DNA of 63,558 nucleotides, filler included, from Globobulimina sp. (lineage: Eukaryota), in NCBI GenBank assembly GCA_003354225.1. It is 30 parts of 30 records of this genome, joined end to end, with 100 filler letters (N's around TTAATTAATTAA, not from the genome) between each part and the next. Parts side by side here need not be neighbours in the genome. Positions count along the whole stretch, not along the records: positions 1 to 2,024 come from PIVH01009660.1; positions 2,125 to 4,148 come from PIVH01009661.1; positions 4,249 to 6,272 come from PIVH01009662.1; positions 6,373 to 8,395 come from PIVH01009663.1; positions 8,496 to 10,518 come from PIVH01009664.1; positions 10,619 to 12,641 come from PIVH01009665.1; positions 12,742 to 14,764 come from PIVH01009666.1; 23 more parts are not named here. The stretch is one strand, 5' to 3'. The notes beneath the pieces were generated by a model. That model did not search any database. It saw only the letters and a list, made by a program, of their open reading frames with translations, and was not told the DNA's origin. This document shows, in pieces, positions 1-13,334 of this stretch. Made by a program: the position numbers and the translations under genes. Within the stretch, counting starts at the first letter, position 1, and every line of letters begins with the position of its first letter.

Positions 1-86
1 AAAGCACATCGGAAGTAACTTTTGCACGATGTATTCAGATAGATAACCCCTGTATACAGAAGCATGTGTCTTGGATTCAGACTGTA

Positions 87-1750
87 ATGTCATCGAAAGC
101 TATTGAGTTCGAAAATGAAGGAAATAAATGTATGGAAGAACGCAAATTTGAACAAGCAATTGATTGTTATTCAAAAGCAATTTTAATCGATTCTACAAAT
201 TACATATTGTTTGCAAACAGAGCTTTGGCATATATTAAAATCAATAAATTTTATAAAGCATTGGTTGATTGTAAACTTTCTATTAATTTATGTAGAAATT
301 ATCCAACATCATATCATAGAATGAGCATTGCATTATGTCGATTATATAAATATGAAAAAGCAATCCAACATTTTAAAATAGCTCAACAAAAATATTTAAA
401 ATTTTATCTTGTTAAGAATCAACAAATTGAAGCTGATTTGCAAAACGCAGTTACTGTGGTCAATAAATCCGTATCAGCTCCTTTTGTTCGATTAAAAACT
501 CCATTAATACAACTAACAGAATATTATCCTGATCCATTGCATTATAGACAATGCTTAATCATTGCACCAAATTCTGTTCATAATAACCAAATATATAGAT
601 ATGATATAATAAATGATACATTTCATATTTTATGTCAATATCCGACAGCTGCAAAAGTAAGGGATCATTCAATATGTTTGGATGAAAGGAATGCAAATAG
701 TTTGTGTATATTATCAACATTTGAAATTAAACCATATAATATATTAGAAAATAAGTGGCAAAACATTCATTATATCAGTGAATTCAAAGAAGATTTAGAG
801 TTTATTCCAAATAAACCCGTCATTTACAATGAATCATGGTGGCAAAAAAGAATCTGTTTATTTCAAGCTGATGCTAACAAATTAAGGTTCAAAGTATACT
901 GGAATTAAATAATGCAATTTATACAAAGCTAGAATATGAATATGATATTAATTTGGTACAATCATATGTTGAGAGATTTGCATTATTTAATTCGTGTATA
1001 TACACTTCAAGATGCATCAAACTCTGTGCATCCTTAAAAGATGAAATTATTTATATACCATTCATTAAAACATTATTATTTTTTTCTTCCGGAAATGCAT
1101 CAGAGATAAAGCAGATGAATATTGATCAAAAAGTTGAGAGAATTAAAATTAAATCGATCGAGTCCATTAAAGTTGGTGACAATATTGAATATAAAGAAAA
1201 GATATTTGGATCTGTGCTCACATTTTGGTCTGAAAAGAGAATTGAAGCTGTTAATTATCAAACAAATGAAATTATACTTAATGATCGTAGAAAACTTAAA
1301 TTTGAAGCTGATGATGACAGGTTTTGGATCTATCAATATATTAAACAAGCATATAAATCAACATTACCATTCAAACATAACTGTTTTCGATCAATTTTGG
1401 CATTTGATATTATTGTTTTTTTCTTTTGTTATGAATCAAAGGACATTTGGTGTTTAAATACATGCACTGATGAATGGATAAAATGTGATGTTCAATATCC
1501 AACATTTGCTGGCATTTATAGTAAATATTGCAAAATCACAAAAACGGATGAAAATGTTGTGCATTTTATGTATTTAAGCAGTGCTGATGAACATTATGAT
1601 AATTATCATTTTAAGGTATCTTTATCTGATGTTATACCAAATAAATTGAAAATATTTGAGAAAGGAATCTATAATTTATTGGTATCTGCATATTTTGGTA
1701 ATAAAATTATTCCTCAGGACATTGTTTTTTTGATTTGTCAATATTGTTAA
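87..1750 (+). CDS. TPR-repeat protein (N-terminal 3-TPR unit) with beta-rich/Kelch-like C-terminal part; probably one gene across a short intron
   Basis: EGNKCMEERKFEQAIDCYSKAI...NRALAYIKI is a TPR consensus. A possible intron at 894-928 (GTATAC..AAAG) joins the 66..908 and 953..1750 ORFs in frame. The join is tentative. Confidence 0.7.
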
Positions 1751-1936
1751 TTTATGATTGTATATCGCACAATGCATCGGATTCTCATGTGCAATGTTGG
1801 AGAATTATAAATCCTATCACTGCACACAAATTTGTTTATTGTGCAACGACCTGCAGTGCACATATCCATTTATAACAAGCAGCGGACCTCAACAAACATA
1901 AATATTTTTTTTTTTTAAGAGAAATAGAGAAATACA

Positions 1937-2024
1937 ATGGGAACTAAAGTGACTAAACCAACTAAACCAACTAACCCAACTAAACCAGCAAAGAAACAAG
2001 AAGTAAAAGAATTTGATCCAATCA
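1937..2024 (+). CDS. 5' fragment of hypothetical protein (MGTKVTKPTKPTNPTKP...)
   Basis: ATG at 1937, frame open to the contig end, short TKP repeat. Confidence 0.45.
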
Positions 2025-2124
2025 NNNNNNNNNNNNNNNNNNNNNNNNNNNNNNNNNNNNNNNNNNNNTTAATTAATTAANNNNNNNNNNNNNNNNNNNN
2101 NNNNNNNNNNNNNNNNNNNNNNNN
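2025..2124. other. Artificial 100-nt contig linker (44 N + TTAATTAATTAA + 44 N); first of 29
   Basis: The same linker starts at 2025, 4149, 6273, 8396, 10519, 12642, 14765, 16888, 19011, 21134, 23257, 25379, 27501, 29623, 31745, 33867, 35989, 38111, 40232, 42353, 44474, 46595, 48716, 50837, 52958, 55079, 57199, 59319 and 61439. TTAATTAATTAA gives stops in all six frames. Contig lengths fall steadily from 2024 to 2020. Confidence 0.99.
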
Positions 2125-2946
2125 GAGGCGCCGCCACCAAGCTTTAACCCATCAATGTATCAGACATATTTCACAGTTAAACCTGACACAGATTACAAGT
2201 TGGGTGGTGATAAATGTTGAAAGTTTTTCACCAAAAAATAAATATCTCAGTACATTTAACTGTAATTCATGAAGCCATACAGCAAAATTATTCATATACT
2301 CACAGTACGAATAATCTGTTTTTTCTAAATAACCACCAAACAAACAATTATAAGCTATATTAAATGAAACATACTGCAAATCACCAAATATATCATTCCA
2401 TACGTTATTATTTGCCGATAATTCATTCAATTTTGGAATTAACGATTTATGTATCAATATTTTAATATTTTCATCAACAAACGTATTGTTCATCATCGTC
2501 ATTAAATTTGTTTGAAAAAATCTTCTTCGTTTTCTCCAATCAGCACCGCCGTAATGCGCTGACATTGGTGCTTCCGCTATTGCTGTTTTATAAAATATAT
2601 TTTTGGGTCTCCAAAGTGCACAGTCTTTCTCTAAAATATATTTCATTAATTTTACGTCGTTAATACATATTATTGGTGTGGTGCCCATTGGGATGATACA
2701 TATTTTTCCTTTTTCTCGAGCAATATCAATGTAATATTGATGACCCATGGAAGCAACGGAAAAAAACGAACCAACCAAGGGATAACCAACCGAACCTGGA
2801 GGCAGCTGTTTATGTTTACGATCAAGTTTAATTATAATATATCTTGCGATCAAATACAAAGCAAATAATGACAACATTTTCGCTGAGTAATGCTGATTCT
2901 TCCATATTGAATTCAATCTTTGAAGCAATTTCAAAAGGAATGACAT
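2125..2946 (-). CDS. Cytochrome P450, N-terminal part (3' truncated)
   Basis: TM anchor, basic patch, proline hinge LPPGSVGYPLVG and C-helix WRKRR. Intron 2142-2196 (GTAATC..AAAG). Confidence 0.85.
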
Positions 2947-3143
2947 TAGTTTATCTGATGACTACAACACTTCAAAAACTTCCAGAATTGACATTTGAGA
3001 CCATAAACATGCACAAATCTGGCTGTACTTTTATTTTTTCAAGTGATCTAGTCGCGTTATCGTTATTTGCGGAAATAGCATTAAATTAAAAATTTCCCCT
3101 TATCCAAATAGATGAAATATAAAGTCATTTACAACCATGAATA

Positions 3144-4148
3144 CTACTTACTAAATGAGTTTGAATATCCTTCATTTATTTTACAACCTTTGTTCATTAC
3201 AACAATACAAATCATTCCATCTCCAGCATTTTCATAACATTTTGCAATGATCGCTGGTTCGACACATTGATATCCATTAATCGCTTTAGTCATTTCCTTG
3301 ATATTGATATCTGTTAAAGAAAATCGTGATAATTGTAAAAAAAATATATAGTCATCGATTTGTGATGAATCTAATTTATCCTTAATTCTTGAAATAAATA
3401 ATACCACATCATCCATGCTGGCTGATGTCGAAATTCCTATCTTCAAATATTTCCGTTTAATCATTTTTGTCCTTAACAACCCTGCTTCGATTCCATTCAC
3501 TACATTCACCAAATGACCAGAACCGTCAAATTGAATGCATTCCAAAGCTGTCGAACTTGATATTAAGTTACTAATTATATTTTTGATATGGATTCCAGAT
3601 TGAGAAACAAAGTGAATCTTACATTTTTTTAACATTTTTGCTGTTTTTAAAATATTACACATTGTTTGTTCTGATGGATTTAATAGAATCAATTCATTCA
3701 ATTTCTTAAAATCAACGTCACCTAAAAATAAATCCGAATAGTTACTGGATTGTAAACATAAATGTTTTAAATTACGTCCATATAAATGCACAAATTTCTT
3801 GGTCAATTCTGAAGGTGGGCCACTGCAAGAAAGTTGCTCTAAATTGGGAAACAATGTTTTTATTTTATTATTTGGAATGTATTGCTCAATCTCTATATAT
3901 TCTAATTGTAAATGTTTTACATTCTTAAATTGACGCAATAAAATCCAAAATGCATCAGCATCATTGCTATACATTTCATTTAAGGACAGTGTTTCAATTT
4001 TATTAAACTTAATACATTTTTGTTTCAGAAATGCTGTAATATTTACTGGTGTGTCATCGCCATTACCTGCTAAACATATATTTGCTAAATTATTCAAAAT
4101 TAAATTGCCATTTTGCGGCAAACGGAATTTATAAAAATCTTTGAGTAC
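3144..4148 (-). CDS. LRR/RNI-like repeat protein (5' truncated)
   Basis: Repeats such as FNKIETLSL, NVKHLQL, FPNLEQLSC, NLKHLCL and KKLNELIL. The frame is open to the contig edge. Confidence 0.65.
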   Translation of the reverse strand, partial: VLKDFYKFRLPQNGNLILNNLANICLAGNGDDTPVNITAFLKQKCIKFNKIETLSLNEMYSNDADAFWILLRQFKNVKHLQLEYIEIEQYIPNNKIKTLFPNLEQLSCSGPPSELTKKFVHLYGRNLKHLCLQSSNYSDLFLGDVDFKKLNELILLNPSEQTMCNILKTAKMLKKCKIHFVSQSGIHIKNIISNLISSSTALECIQFDGSGHLVNVVNGIEAGLLRTKMIKRKYLKIGISTSASMDDVVLFISRIKDKLDSSQIDDYIFFLQLSRFSLTDINIKEMTKAINGYQCVEPAIIAKCYENAGDGMICIVVMNKGCKINEGYSNSFSK

Positions 4149-4248
4149 NNNNNNNNNNNNNNNNNNNNNNNNNNNNNNNNNNNNNNNNNNNNTTAATTAA
4201 TTAANNNNNNNNNNNNNNNNNNNNNNNNNNNNNNNNNNNNNNNNNNNN

Positions 4249-6272
4249 AAATGTTGACAGTTTGATAATGATTTATATCTTTGTGTCAATTCATATTTCA
4301 TTTGTTGCAGTTGATATGCTTTTATTTGAACAAATTCATTTTGCAATGCCTCATTCTCCATATCTGTAAATTTTGGTTCGACCCCGGACGGCAACCAATG
4401 ATCCACATTCACACCAAACTGCAACTTTTGAAATGTATTATCTTCACTGTCATCATTTTTTATATCCATATCATTGTGTTTTATATCATTGAAAACATGT
4501 TTTGTAGCAATACTTTGTCGTCTTAAATCTTTATTGAATCTCCTTCGAAAATCTGTATTGTTGCCATGAAACAATGGACAATGAATTTTATCTAAAATAG
4601 TGATCCATGATACACGTAATACATCATTTAAATCATTGTTATTTAATTCCATATTAATATTATATAACTTATATTCTTCTCCTTCCTTTCTGCAATGTCT
4701 CTTCATACATATACAGTTTTTGTCATTTTTCTCATCAACACATTTCCCAATCATCTTCATTTCGGTTATATAATGTTTAATACTTTGATATGATTCCAAA
4801 TCTTTTATAAAGTCGTGATGATCAAATAAATGATAGGAGTCATCCATTAAATTTGTTAAATTATAGTTGCATTCAGTGGCAATATACATTATTTCATCAA
4901 TTTTATTATTATTATGTTTGAGCGATAGAAATGATAAACGATTAATACATTCACATTTATTCATATCGTCACATTCTGAATTGATTAATAAATTTTTACA
5001 GAACAATCTAAATCTATCAATATCCGCAGTGACACCATTTATAAATCTATGCTCAAATTCTTTTGCTTTAAAATTTAATATCGGTCGATAATAATTAATA
5101 CTTATAAATTTTGTTTTGAATATTGCATAATAAATAGAAGTAAACATTTTGTCATATAATGGCAATGCAAATGAATGTCTATATTTATGATCGTATACTA
5201 TTTTGCGCGCAAATTGGTCATTACAAAAAAATAATTTCGGCCAGATATCCATCATTATTTCAGGGAAAAATCTAACAAAGGAACCATTTCTTATACAATA
5301 TCCTAGGCATTGATTCACGTCAAAATAGAAAAAATTCAAATGCATCAGATATGGTGTCGACATTTGTTGAAAATTAATGTTTGGAAATGTTGCTTTTTTA
5401 TTCATTCTTTTGATGGATGCTTCCAAACCATCATCGAATAAATGTTTATCATTGACATAATAGATAGAAATAAGTGCTCTATTTGGATGTTGCTGGAATT
5501 TTGTATCTTTGTCATAGACTCTTCTATCTATAATCAGATTAATTCTTGAATAGGTTACATTCTCTCCAATAATTTCATACAACCATTGACTTAATGTTTG
5601 AATATCATTCACCAAATTTTCACCTTCAAACAATTTGCTTTGCAATGCTTTCAAATCTGATGCATTGTTTAAAAACTCTGGAACTGGAATATGTTTGGCT
5701 TTGGTGGATACGATATCTTTTAAACAAAAAGTACAGCAAAATTCAAACGGCTGATAACTTGCTAAAGCATTTATAATATGGCTAATAACAAATGTATAAT
5801 ACGCATAACTTACGATTTTATCATTGATTAATTTGGATTCATTCTGTTTCATAAACTTTGCGCCATTATAAAGTTGTAAATATTGAGCTAACGTGTTCTT
5901 GGCCGCTTCAATCTGTTCGACTGACGCAGGTTTTATAACGCTTAATAATTCGGTCTCGAAATCTATTGTTTTGGAACAATTGACATTAATGTCCGATTGT
6001 AAATAATTCCAACATAAAATATCATGAATGCTAATAATTGCATTACTTTCCATTAAATCTCGTGTTAATTGAATAGTTGGCGGACTATATTCTGTGCTTT
6101 GCACTAAAATGTATGGATCATATTTGTATTCAGCATGCCACGGCGATTCAAACTCAATATTTCCATCCGGAATAATGCTACGTAACAATATCAATCCTTT
6201 ATTCTTTCTCTTTTTTGCAAACTGCTTTTGATCAAATTGCTTATTCCATTCAGTAGCACCGTTCCATGTTTC
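4249..6272 (-). CDS. Large hypothetical protein, internal fragment with Cys/His clusters
   Basis: One uninterrupted frame across the whole contig. CECINRL, HLFDHH, CICMKRHCR and LDKIHC suggest metal-binding modules. No family recognised with confidence. Confidence 0.7.
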
Positions 6273-6372
6273 NNNNNNNNNNNNNNNNNNNNNNNNNNNN
6301 NNNNNNNNNNNNNNNNTTAATTAATTAANNNNNNNNNNNNNNNNNNNNNNNNNNNNNNNNNNNNNNNNNNNN

Positions 6373-6747
6373 GAAGCGGAGGCGAAGAAGTTGCGAGAGA
6401 TTGAAGAGTTGTTACCGTCGGATACGCAAACGCGGGCATTGTTGAATCCGGAACATAAAATATGGAAAATACTCAAACATTATCAGAAGAAACAAAATAA
6501 GATTGAAGTGACCAAAGACGCCAAGACGGCGCATGATGAGTTTGTGAAAGCGAAGAGAAAAAGGAAAATGGACGAAGAGAAGTTGCAGAAACAAAGGGGC
6601 CAAATTGTGGCGCAGTTAGGAGTGTTGATTGATAAATATTGGAAAACGCGGTTGGCTGCTTCGGAGAAACATAGATTGGAAACCAAAAATGATAAACAAC
6701 GAATTATGGAAATTGAAAGATTAAAATCTGACCTCGATGAGAATTAA
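6373..6747 (+). CDS. Coiled-coil protein, 3' fragment
   Basis: K/E-rich helical sequence, open from the contig start, followed by a T-rich 3' region. Confidence 0.6.
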   Translation, partial: EAEAKKLREIEELLPSDTQTRALLNPEHKIWKILKHYQKKQNKIEVTKDAKTAHDEFVKAKRKRKMDEEKLQKQRGQIVAQLGVLIDKYWKTRLAASEKHRLETKNDKQRIMEIERLKSDLDEN

Positions 6748-7263
6748 TTTTGTATTTTTGTTTTGTAATCAAAAAAGTTTGTGTTGTAAATGCTTGTTTT
6801 TTTTTGTTTTTTTGTGAATGAACTGTAAAAATAATTAAGGCTATATCAATTATTTTTGTTTTTTCAAGTTGAATTGCATCGACATTGTTTATGATGTAGC
6901 TTTAATTAATTAATCATGAATTTCATCCCAGTAAAACAAGCAAAAAATACTTTTTCAGATTGTTTATTTCCTTTCTTTTGCAGTTTGAAGATATTTAAAA
7001 CCACAGAATCTAGAATTGTATCGATTCAACAGGAGGCAAGAAATGTTTTTCAGTTGATAGATGTTAAAAACTTAGTGGAAAATGAGTCATCAGTATGTGC
7101 CTTGCAGCTGTGTATATTGGGCATTTTTGCTTGAAATTTGACGGCAAAACGCACTGTATGTCGAAACTTTAATTTATTTCATTCCTCGCAAATTCGCATT
7201 AACACAATTTAAACTAAAATTACTATCAGCAAATTGCATTTTTTTTCGATTTATTTATTATTA

Positions 7264-8395
7264 ATGATCAAGATTTTCCTATTCTGCTTTATCTCCATTA
7301 TTTGGAATGTAGTAAATGCTGGAAATTATTCAGATCTACCACTACATTTAATACATCGTAAAATTGCTCCACGCGTAGTTGCTGACTGTCTTTATGTTTA
7401 CCGATCTCTCAATCAAAACCATTATAAATCGGTAACTGATTATTACAATGAAAGTATTTCAAAAATTAAATCCATTTTCAATAATGCTATCATATCAATT
7501 TTAAATGACAGAAACGTTTCTGTGTCGCGACAAGGTTTTCAAATCAAAACAATACTAAACAGACACAAACATGATATGACTTTCCTGCTACTCTTTCACA
7601 AAGAATTGCCATCCATGTTGCGGTCCACAAATCGAATACCAAATGACTCACTAAAACGGGGAACATTGTTACCAATGTTGGGGATATGTACGGTACCAAT
7701 GTCATTGTTGAATGCGGTATGGTCCACAATCTCTGACGCATTACAAAGAATATCAACATCTTTAGAGTTTCATTACTGTCAAGTTGAGATGGCAGAGATG
7801 GTCAATAATCGCAATATCAATACACATCCATTTGCACGAATTGCAAATTCAATTTTATACAAAACAATCCTGCAAAATGTTAACATTTCAGCATTGCAAT
7901 TGTTGGATGGGACTGTGTTATGGGATCAAGATGAAATACAAAGCATTCCCAACCAAGTCATTGCTGAATTAGACTTAAATGGAACACATATCCATACTGT
8001 CGCTGATGATTGCAATTGGTTTCATTTATTACGTATTAATACGCCAAGAACTCTGAGCTATAAAGTTGCGACAGAATTCCTGTTACAAATCATCGCTATT
8101 CACAATGATCCAAATAACCATTTAAATTTTCGATTGGGTGATAACCAAATGTCTTATTTTTCTATTGGATGGCTAAAGTTTGTTGTTGAACTTTGTTATC
8201 ATAACTATCAACTTAACAATACAGCCAATTGTGATGGATTGATAACATCGCTGGGCACTATATTTTACCACAATGACTTAATTTGGCGTTTAAATGTTAA
8301 CGTTCAATATGGCGTTGATCAAGAATTCAAGTCTGAGATGATTAGAAAATTAAAAAGTATTCGACGGGATTGGAGAAGATTTAGTCTTTTGGAAT
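7264..8395 (+). CDS. Secreted hypothetical protein (3' truncated)
   Basis: Signal peptide MIKIFLFCFISIIWNVVNA. One LRR-like stretch (IAELDLNGTHIHTV). Confidence 0.65.
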
Positions 8396-8495
8396 NNNNN
8401 NNNNNNNNNNNNNNNNNNNNNNNNNNNNNNNNNNNNNNNTTAATTAATTAANNNNNNNNNNNNNNNNNNNNNNNNNNNNNNNNNNNNNNNNNNNN

Positions 8496-10518
8496 CATAT
8501 TCCGATGGAAAGTTTTCTTTTACGGATAAATTTATAATTTTCTTTTTATTCTCAACATTTTCATTATACCAATACTTTGCTGTCAATTCATTCAATTCTT
8601 GTTTCAAATATATTCTATGCAATGGAATGGAAAAATAATTGTTGTCATAGTTTATTTTAATTTGGTACGTTTTTTTCTGTCCATTTGCAGTGACACCACA
8701 GATACAAATCACACCATTTCTTTTCATTTGCAAATTCCCAGAATTGACATTTTTATATCTACCATAAATAATAATCGGTTTATTGTTCAAAATCACATCG
8801 TTTATGGGCACATTCTCATAGTTATGCACCATATCCTCACTAGTTTGAATACACAAATCTTTTAATATCGGTGCATAGCACGAAGAGATCAGTGATTGTA
8901 ATTTGTACTTAATATCTTTTACATAAATTGCATTCATATTCCAACCCCTTGATTTTAGCGACAATAACTTTAAAAAATATAAATTTATATTTAGTCCGAT
9001 ACCAAAGGTTAATATTCGTACATTTTTACAATATTCCTGGCACTCCATATTGCGAATAATTTCCTTTTCTTGATAGTCCGAGCCATCTGTGATTAATATA
9101 CAAAATGGTATGCCCTCTCGTCTATGCTCGTTATTATTTATATTATTCAACACTTTTAAGGACCAAACTAACGGCGTCACAATGTCTGTGCCGCCGCGTG
9201 GATCATACGTAGTGATGAACTGTTTGGCGGCTTCAATATTTTCTCTATTCACCTCAAATAAGGGCTCTTTTGGCGGTAAAGTATTATTTTCATGGCCATC
9301 CAGGTCTGGATCAGCGCCGTTAAAATATATTTGTGTCTCATTAAAGCAGACAATGCCAAATCTGTCATCATTGGACACCAATAATAATGTATCAAATGCA
9401 TTGATTAACGCTTGAATCACATTAAAGTGCGAGGCTCCATTCATAGATTGCGACCTATCGATTAAAAATATGATATCTCGCGCAAATATTTGCGATTTTT
9501 TTATATGTTTCTGCTCCGAAATGGGATTGATATGAATTAAGAAGCTATTATTTTGAATAAAGGCGACTGGATTGATTTTATTTTGTTGCGCATAATAATA
9601 TGCGATATGAATGTCTTTGGATTCAATGTTATGTTTTAAGCACTTCGCATTCAAATGAATTTGCTTGCAATTATTTAACGTGTTTATTATATTTAAATTG
9701 TGTGAATTTGAACCAAATGTAATGCACGACCCGTAAAACGAATTTAGTATAATATTGATCTCAATCATCGCATTCAAATTTACATTGTTTGTTAATATAT
9801 TTTGTATAAATTGCAGTGGGATTATTGAATGGTATCTACCCTCATTATATTCCAAGCTCTGATGGTATTTTGCGCATATTTTTATGCGCGAATCGTTCTT
9901 TCCAATGTAAGCGATTGGAAAACGAAACAAATCGTAAATATATTCATCAAAGGAGGCACTGAAAATATTGTCGCACTCACTCTCGCTGTCACTGTTACAG
10001 TCACTGTCCATATCGCAATCGATATCGCTGTCATCCACTAGCAATGTCTCAATATATCTGTTCTTGTCATGGTCATGCAAACAGACACAAACATTCGTAA
10101 CTGTGCCATTAATGGTTGGCAATACAAACAATGCGTTTTTAATTTGCGCGTCGTAATTATTTATAAATATGATATTCATTTCAATGAACGCAGTCTGTGC
10201 CGCAATTTCGAGATTAACGACAATGGATTGTATAGCAATGGCAAATACGTCGTCCTCTTCAAATATCAATAATGGCCCATTCAATTCTTGCTTGTTTAGG
10301 TCGATTGGAATGGGATTCGCGGAAACAGGGCCAGTGTATAACGCGTTTTGTTTTGTATTTGACGGCGTTTCATAGATTTTCATCTCTTGTAAGGTGGCTT
10401 GCATTTCATTGATCAATGCGGGTCGAATGATAATGCACTCATTGTCCACCATTTTGTGCTCATCAAAGGCATCGCCGACAGTGGACGAACAATATGAATA
10501 CGGATAGTTCCATGTGGC
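8496..10518 (-). CDS. VIT + von Willebrand factor A domain protein (inter-alpha-trypsin-inhibitor-like), partial
   Basis: MIDAS motif IIFLIDRSQSM, plus GGTDI, ILITDG and ILTFGIG. Upstream VIT-like region. Confidence 0.88.
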
Positions 10519-10626
10519 NNNNNNNNNNNNNNNNNNNNNNNNNNNNNNNNNNNNNNNNNNNNTTAATTAATTAANNNNNNNNNNNNNNNNNNNNNNNNNN
10601 NNNNNNNNNNNNNNNNNNCAATCCAA

Positions 10627-12112
10627 ATGAAACCATCCGAACCTAGTTACAGGTGGAAACTTCCGTCAATATCAGCAGATGACAAACAGTTACTTTGTCA
10701 TGGTTATGCACGAATTAATTATCCAAAATATATCATCCCTCCGTTAATCCAATTACTTTCTCATTTTTATACCAACGATGCATACTCCTTCCATGACATA
10801 ATCAACGCAAAAGTTGGGAAAAGATTCCATGGCCCAATAATATCAATCAATTCACATAAATTTTATATCGAATTATATCCAAATGGAACTACAAACGATA
10901 ATGCAGGTCAAGTTGCTGCTTTTTTATGTTTAGCTGCATTGCCTCCATCTATTTCATCCATTATACTCAGTTTTGGTTTTAAATTAAAAGAAATAACCAA
11001 TTGTAAAACTTATCAAAATTCATATTCATATGATATGAATGCATATTGGAGAGGCATTTATTCACAAACTTGTAAGTTAAAAGATTTAACATCATTAACA
11101 TTTGAATTAAACGTTGATAAATTAACTGCATGTTATAAGAATGGTGGACGTCGCAGCGTATCGGGCATTGACATAATGACAAATCCATTTAAAGAATGTA
11201 AACCTGAGTTATATTTATGGGACGTTACTGAGACACACTCAAAACATAGCATCTATAATGCACCAAATGTGTTTGGATTTGCTAGTCCCGTGTTTATTAT
11301 TGGTGGCATCAAATTTTATTTAACTTTTTATCCAAATGGATCTAAAATAGAACGCAAAAACTTCCCTAACGTTTACTTGCATTTGGCAGCTTTACCAAAC
11401 ACAAATGTATGTTTTCCATTGAACTCTTGGGTTAATTTTTTCTGTATCTATTTAGATGAAAGTAAATTTGCGACATTCGCAAGGATTGCAAGGTGATATT
11501 CACATGTTATCGGCAAGATTTATTACAGTATTTGATATTGATAGATGTAGCTGGGGATTAATCGAGCGATCCACGTATGCTACAAAGGATTTGGTTGCTT
11601 TGGATAACTTTTTATGTTTTGCTGAAGTGGTTATGTTGGATATCTATGATGATGAACATATTTATGATGATATTGGTAATACAACTGATATTAATACTGA
11701 ATGGCAATTAAAAAGATATGATTATGAATGGAGATTAATTATAAATGTGGAATCATTAGATATTGAATATAGCAGTGATAATTTTAAAATATTTGGTTTT
11801 GATTGGAAAATTTTATTATATCCTTATGGGAAAACGAATGATAAATCAGATATTACAATAGGTTTGGAATTATTATCATTGCCAAAGACATATACAATAT
11901 CTGTTCGATGTACGTTTGAAATCATTGAAATGAATGTAAGATATTTTACAACTGGATTTTTTACTGAGACTAAATTTGATGTTGATTGGGGAAATGGTAG
12001 GGTTTTAACTCAAGATATTAAGAGTTTGAAAGATTTTACAATCAGAATTGGTATGGAGTTGGTCGATGTTTATGATAACGGAGTTTGTATAACAAACAAT
12101 ATTAATGTGTAG
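10627..12112 (+). CDS. Tandem (three) MATH/TRAF-domain protein
   Basis: Three copies of the MATH signature (KFYIELYPNG, KFYLTFYPNG, DWKILLYPYG). A phase-0 intron at 11407-11455 joins the two ORFs. Confidence 0.85.
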
Positions 12113-12265
12113 AAATGTGGTGACAAAAGTGATTTTTTCTTAAGCTTTAAAACATTATTAAAACAGTAAAACTACAGTCTTTTTTTAGTCTGAATGTGGA
12201 AGATAAATAAAATTTTTTTAATAAATATTTAAATAATATAATATCGGTAAACAAGTCTGGAAAAA

Positions 12266-12641
12266 TCATCGCGTAGCTTTGTTCAAAAAGCGGAGTGCTA
12301 ATACAACAGCAATGAAATAAACAAAAATCCACGAAAATATGGCAATGTAATCAGCTGTAAGCATTGAAGGATCCATTCCAAAAAATTGTAAAAAAAATTC
12401 ACCCGATAAGTCAACATCTGTCCCCGAGACATCCACCTCGGTATTATTAATAGTGACTGCTCCTGCCTCAATATCAAAGATTAATCCTTGAAATTCATTC
12501 ACCATTAATATCTCAAATGCAAATTTATAAAATGAGAAATATTGAATCCACCCAATCCACGCTGGCAAAGAACTTTCACTTTGAATAAAAACACCACAAA
12601 ATAATAAAAACAATAAATTCATGAAAATTGCTGTCCAAATG
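12266..12641 (-). CDS. ABCG-family transporter, C-terminal membrane domain fragment
   Basis: LLFCGVFI..SLPAWIGWIQYFSFYKFAFEILMVNEF is the ABC2-membrane signature. Confidence 0.88.
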
Positions 12642-12741
12642 NNNNNNNNNNNNNNNNNNNNNNNNNNNNNNNNNNNNNNNNNNNNTTAATTAATTAANNN
12701 NNNNNNNNNNNNNNNNNNNNNNNNNNNNNNNNNNNNNNNNN

Positions 12742-13113
12742 TCCTCTGGATGTGCAAATGGACGAACATTATACAAAGGGCCAAGAGGAGGTACATATAC
12801 AATTACTCCATCTGGAAAAAGTATAAATAGTGAGGAAAATGTAACTAGCAATAATTCCGCTGATACTGTGATTGGAACATATACATCGAAGGGATGTGCG
12901 AGTGGACGTGCATTATTTGAAGGACCAAGGGGTGGTACATATCATTTGAATGCAAACAATACGAAAACATATGTTAATAGAAATAATAAAAACAGCGTAG
13001 GAGTTTATAACTCCTCTGGATGTGCAAATGGACGAACATTATACAAAGGGCCAAGAGGAGGTACATATACAATTACTCCATCTGGAAAAAAAAGCTATAC
13101 AAAAATTAAATAA
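12742..13113 (+). CDS. Protein with three tandem GRxLxxGPRGGTY repeats (PBCV-specific basic adaptor-like), 5' truncated
   Basis: The frame is open from 12742: GRTLYKGPRGGTYTITPSGK / GRALFEGPRGGTYHLNANNTKTYV / GRTLYKGPRGGTYTITPSGKKSY. Confidence 0.75.
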   Translation, partial: SSGCANGRTLYKGPRGGTYTITPSGKSINSEENVTSNNSADTVIGTYTSKGCASGRALFEGPRGGTYHLNANNTKTYVNRNNKNSVGVYNSSGCANGRTLYKGPRGGTYTITPSGKKSYTKIK

Positions 13114-13334
13114 ATCTATATATGTAATATGACCAATTAAAATAACAAAACCTATACCTGATGTATATGCGTTGTGAAAAAAAAGCCTCTTTTGTTTAGA
13201 CTAAAAAAAACAGCTTAAATAAATCCAACCACGAATGCATAGTGGGAGCAACGCATAGAACCGATCTCCGAGTTTATGCGGTGTTAAGCATGCAAACAGA
13301 CACAGTCGATCCCGATCTTGAAAGCTTGAATTGT

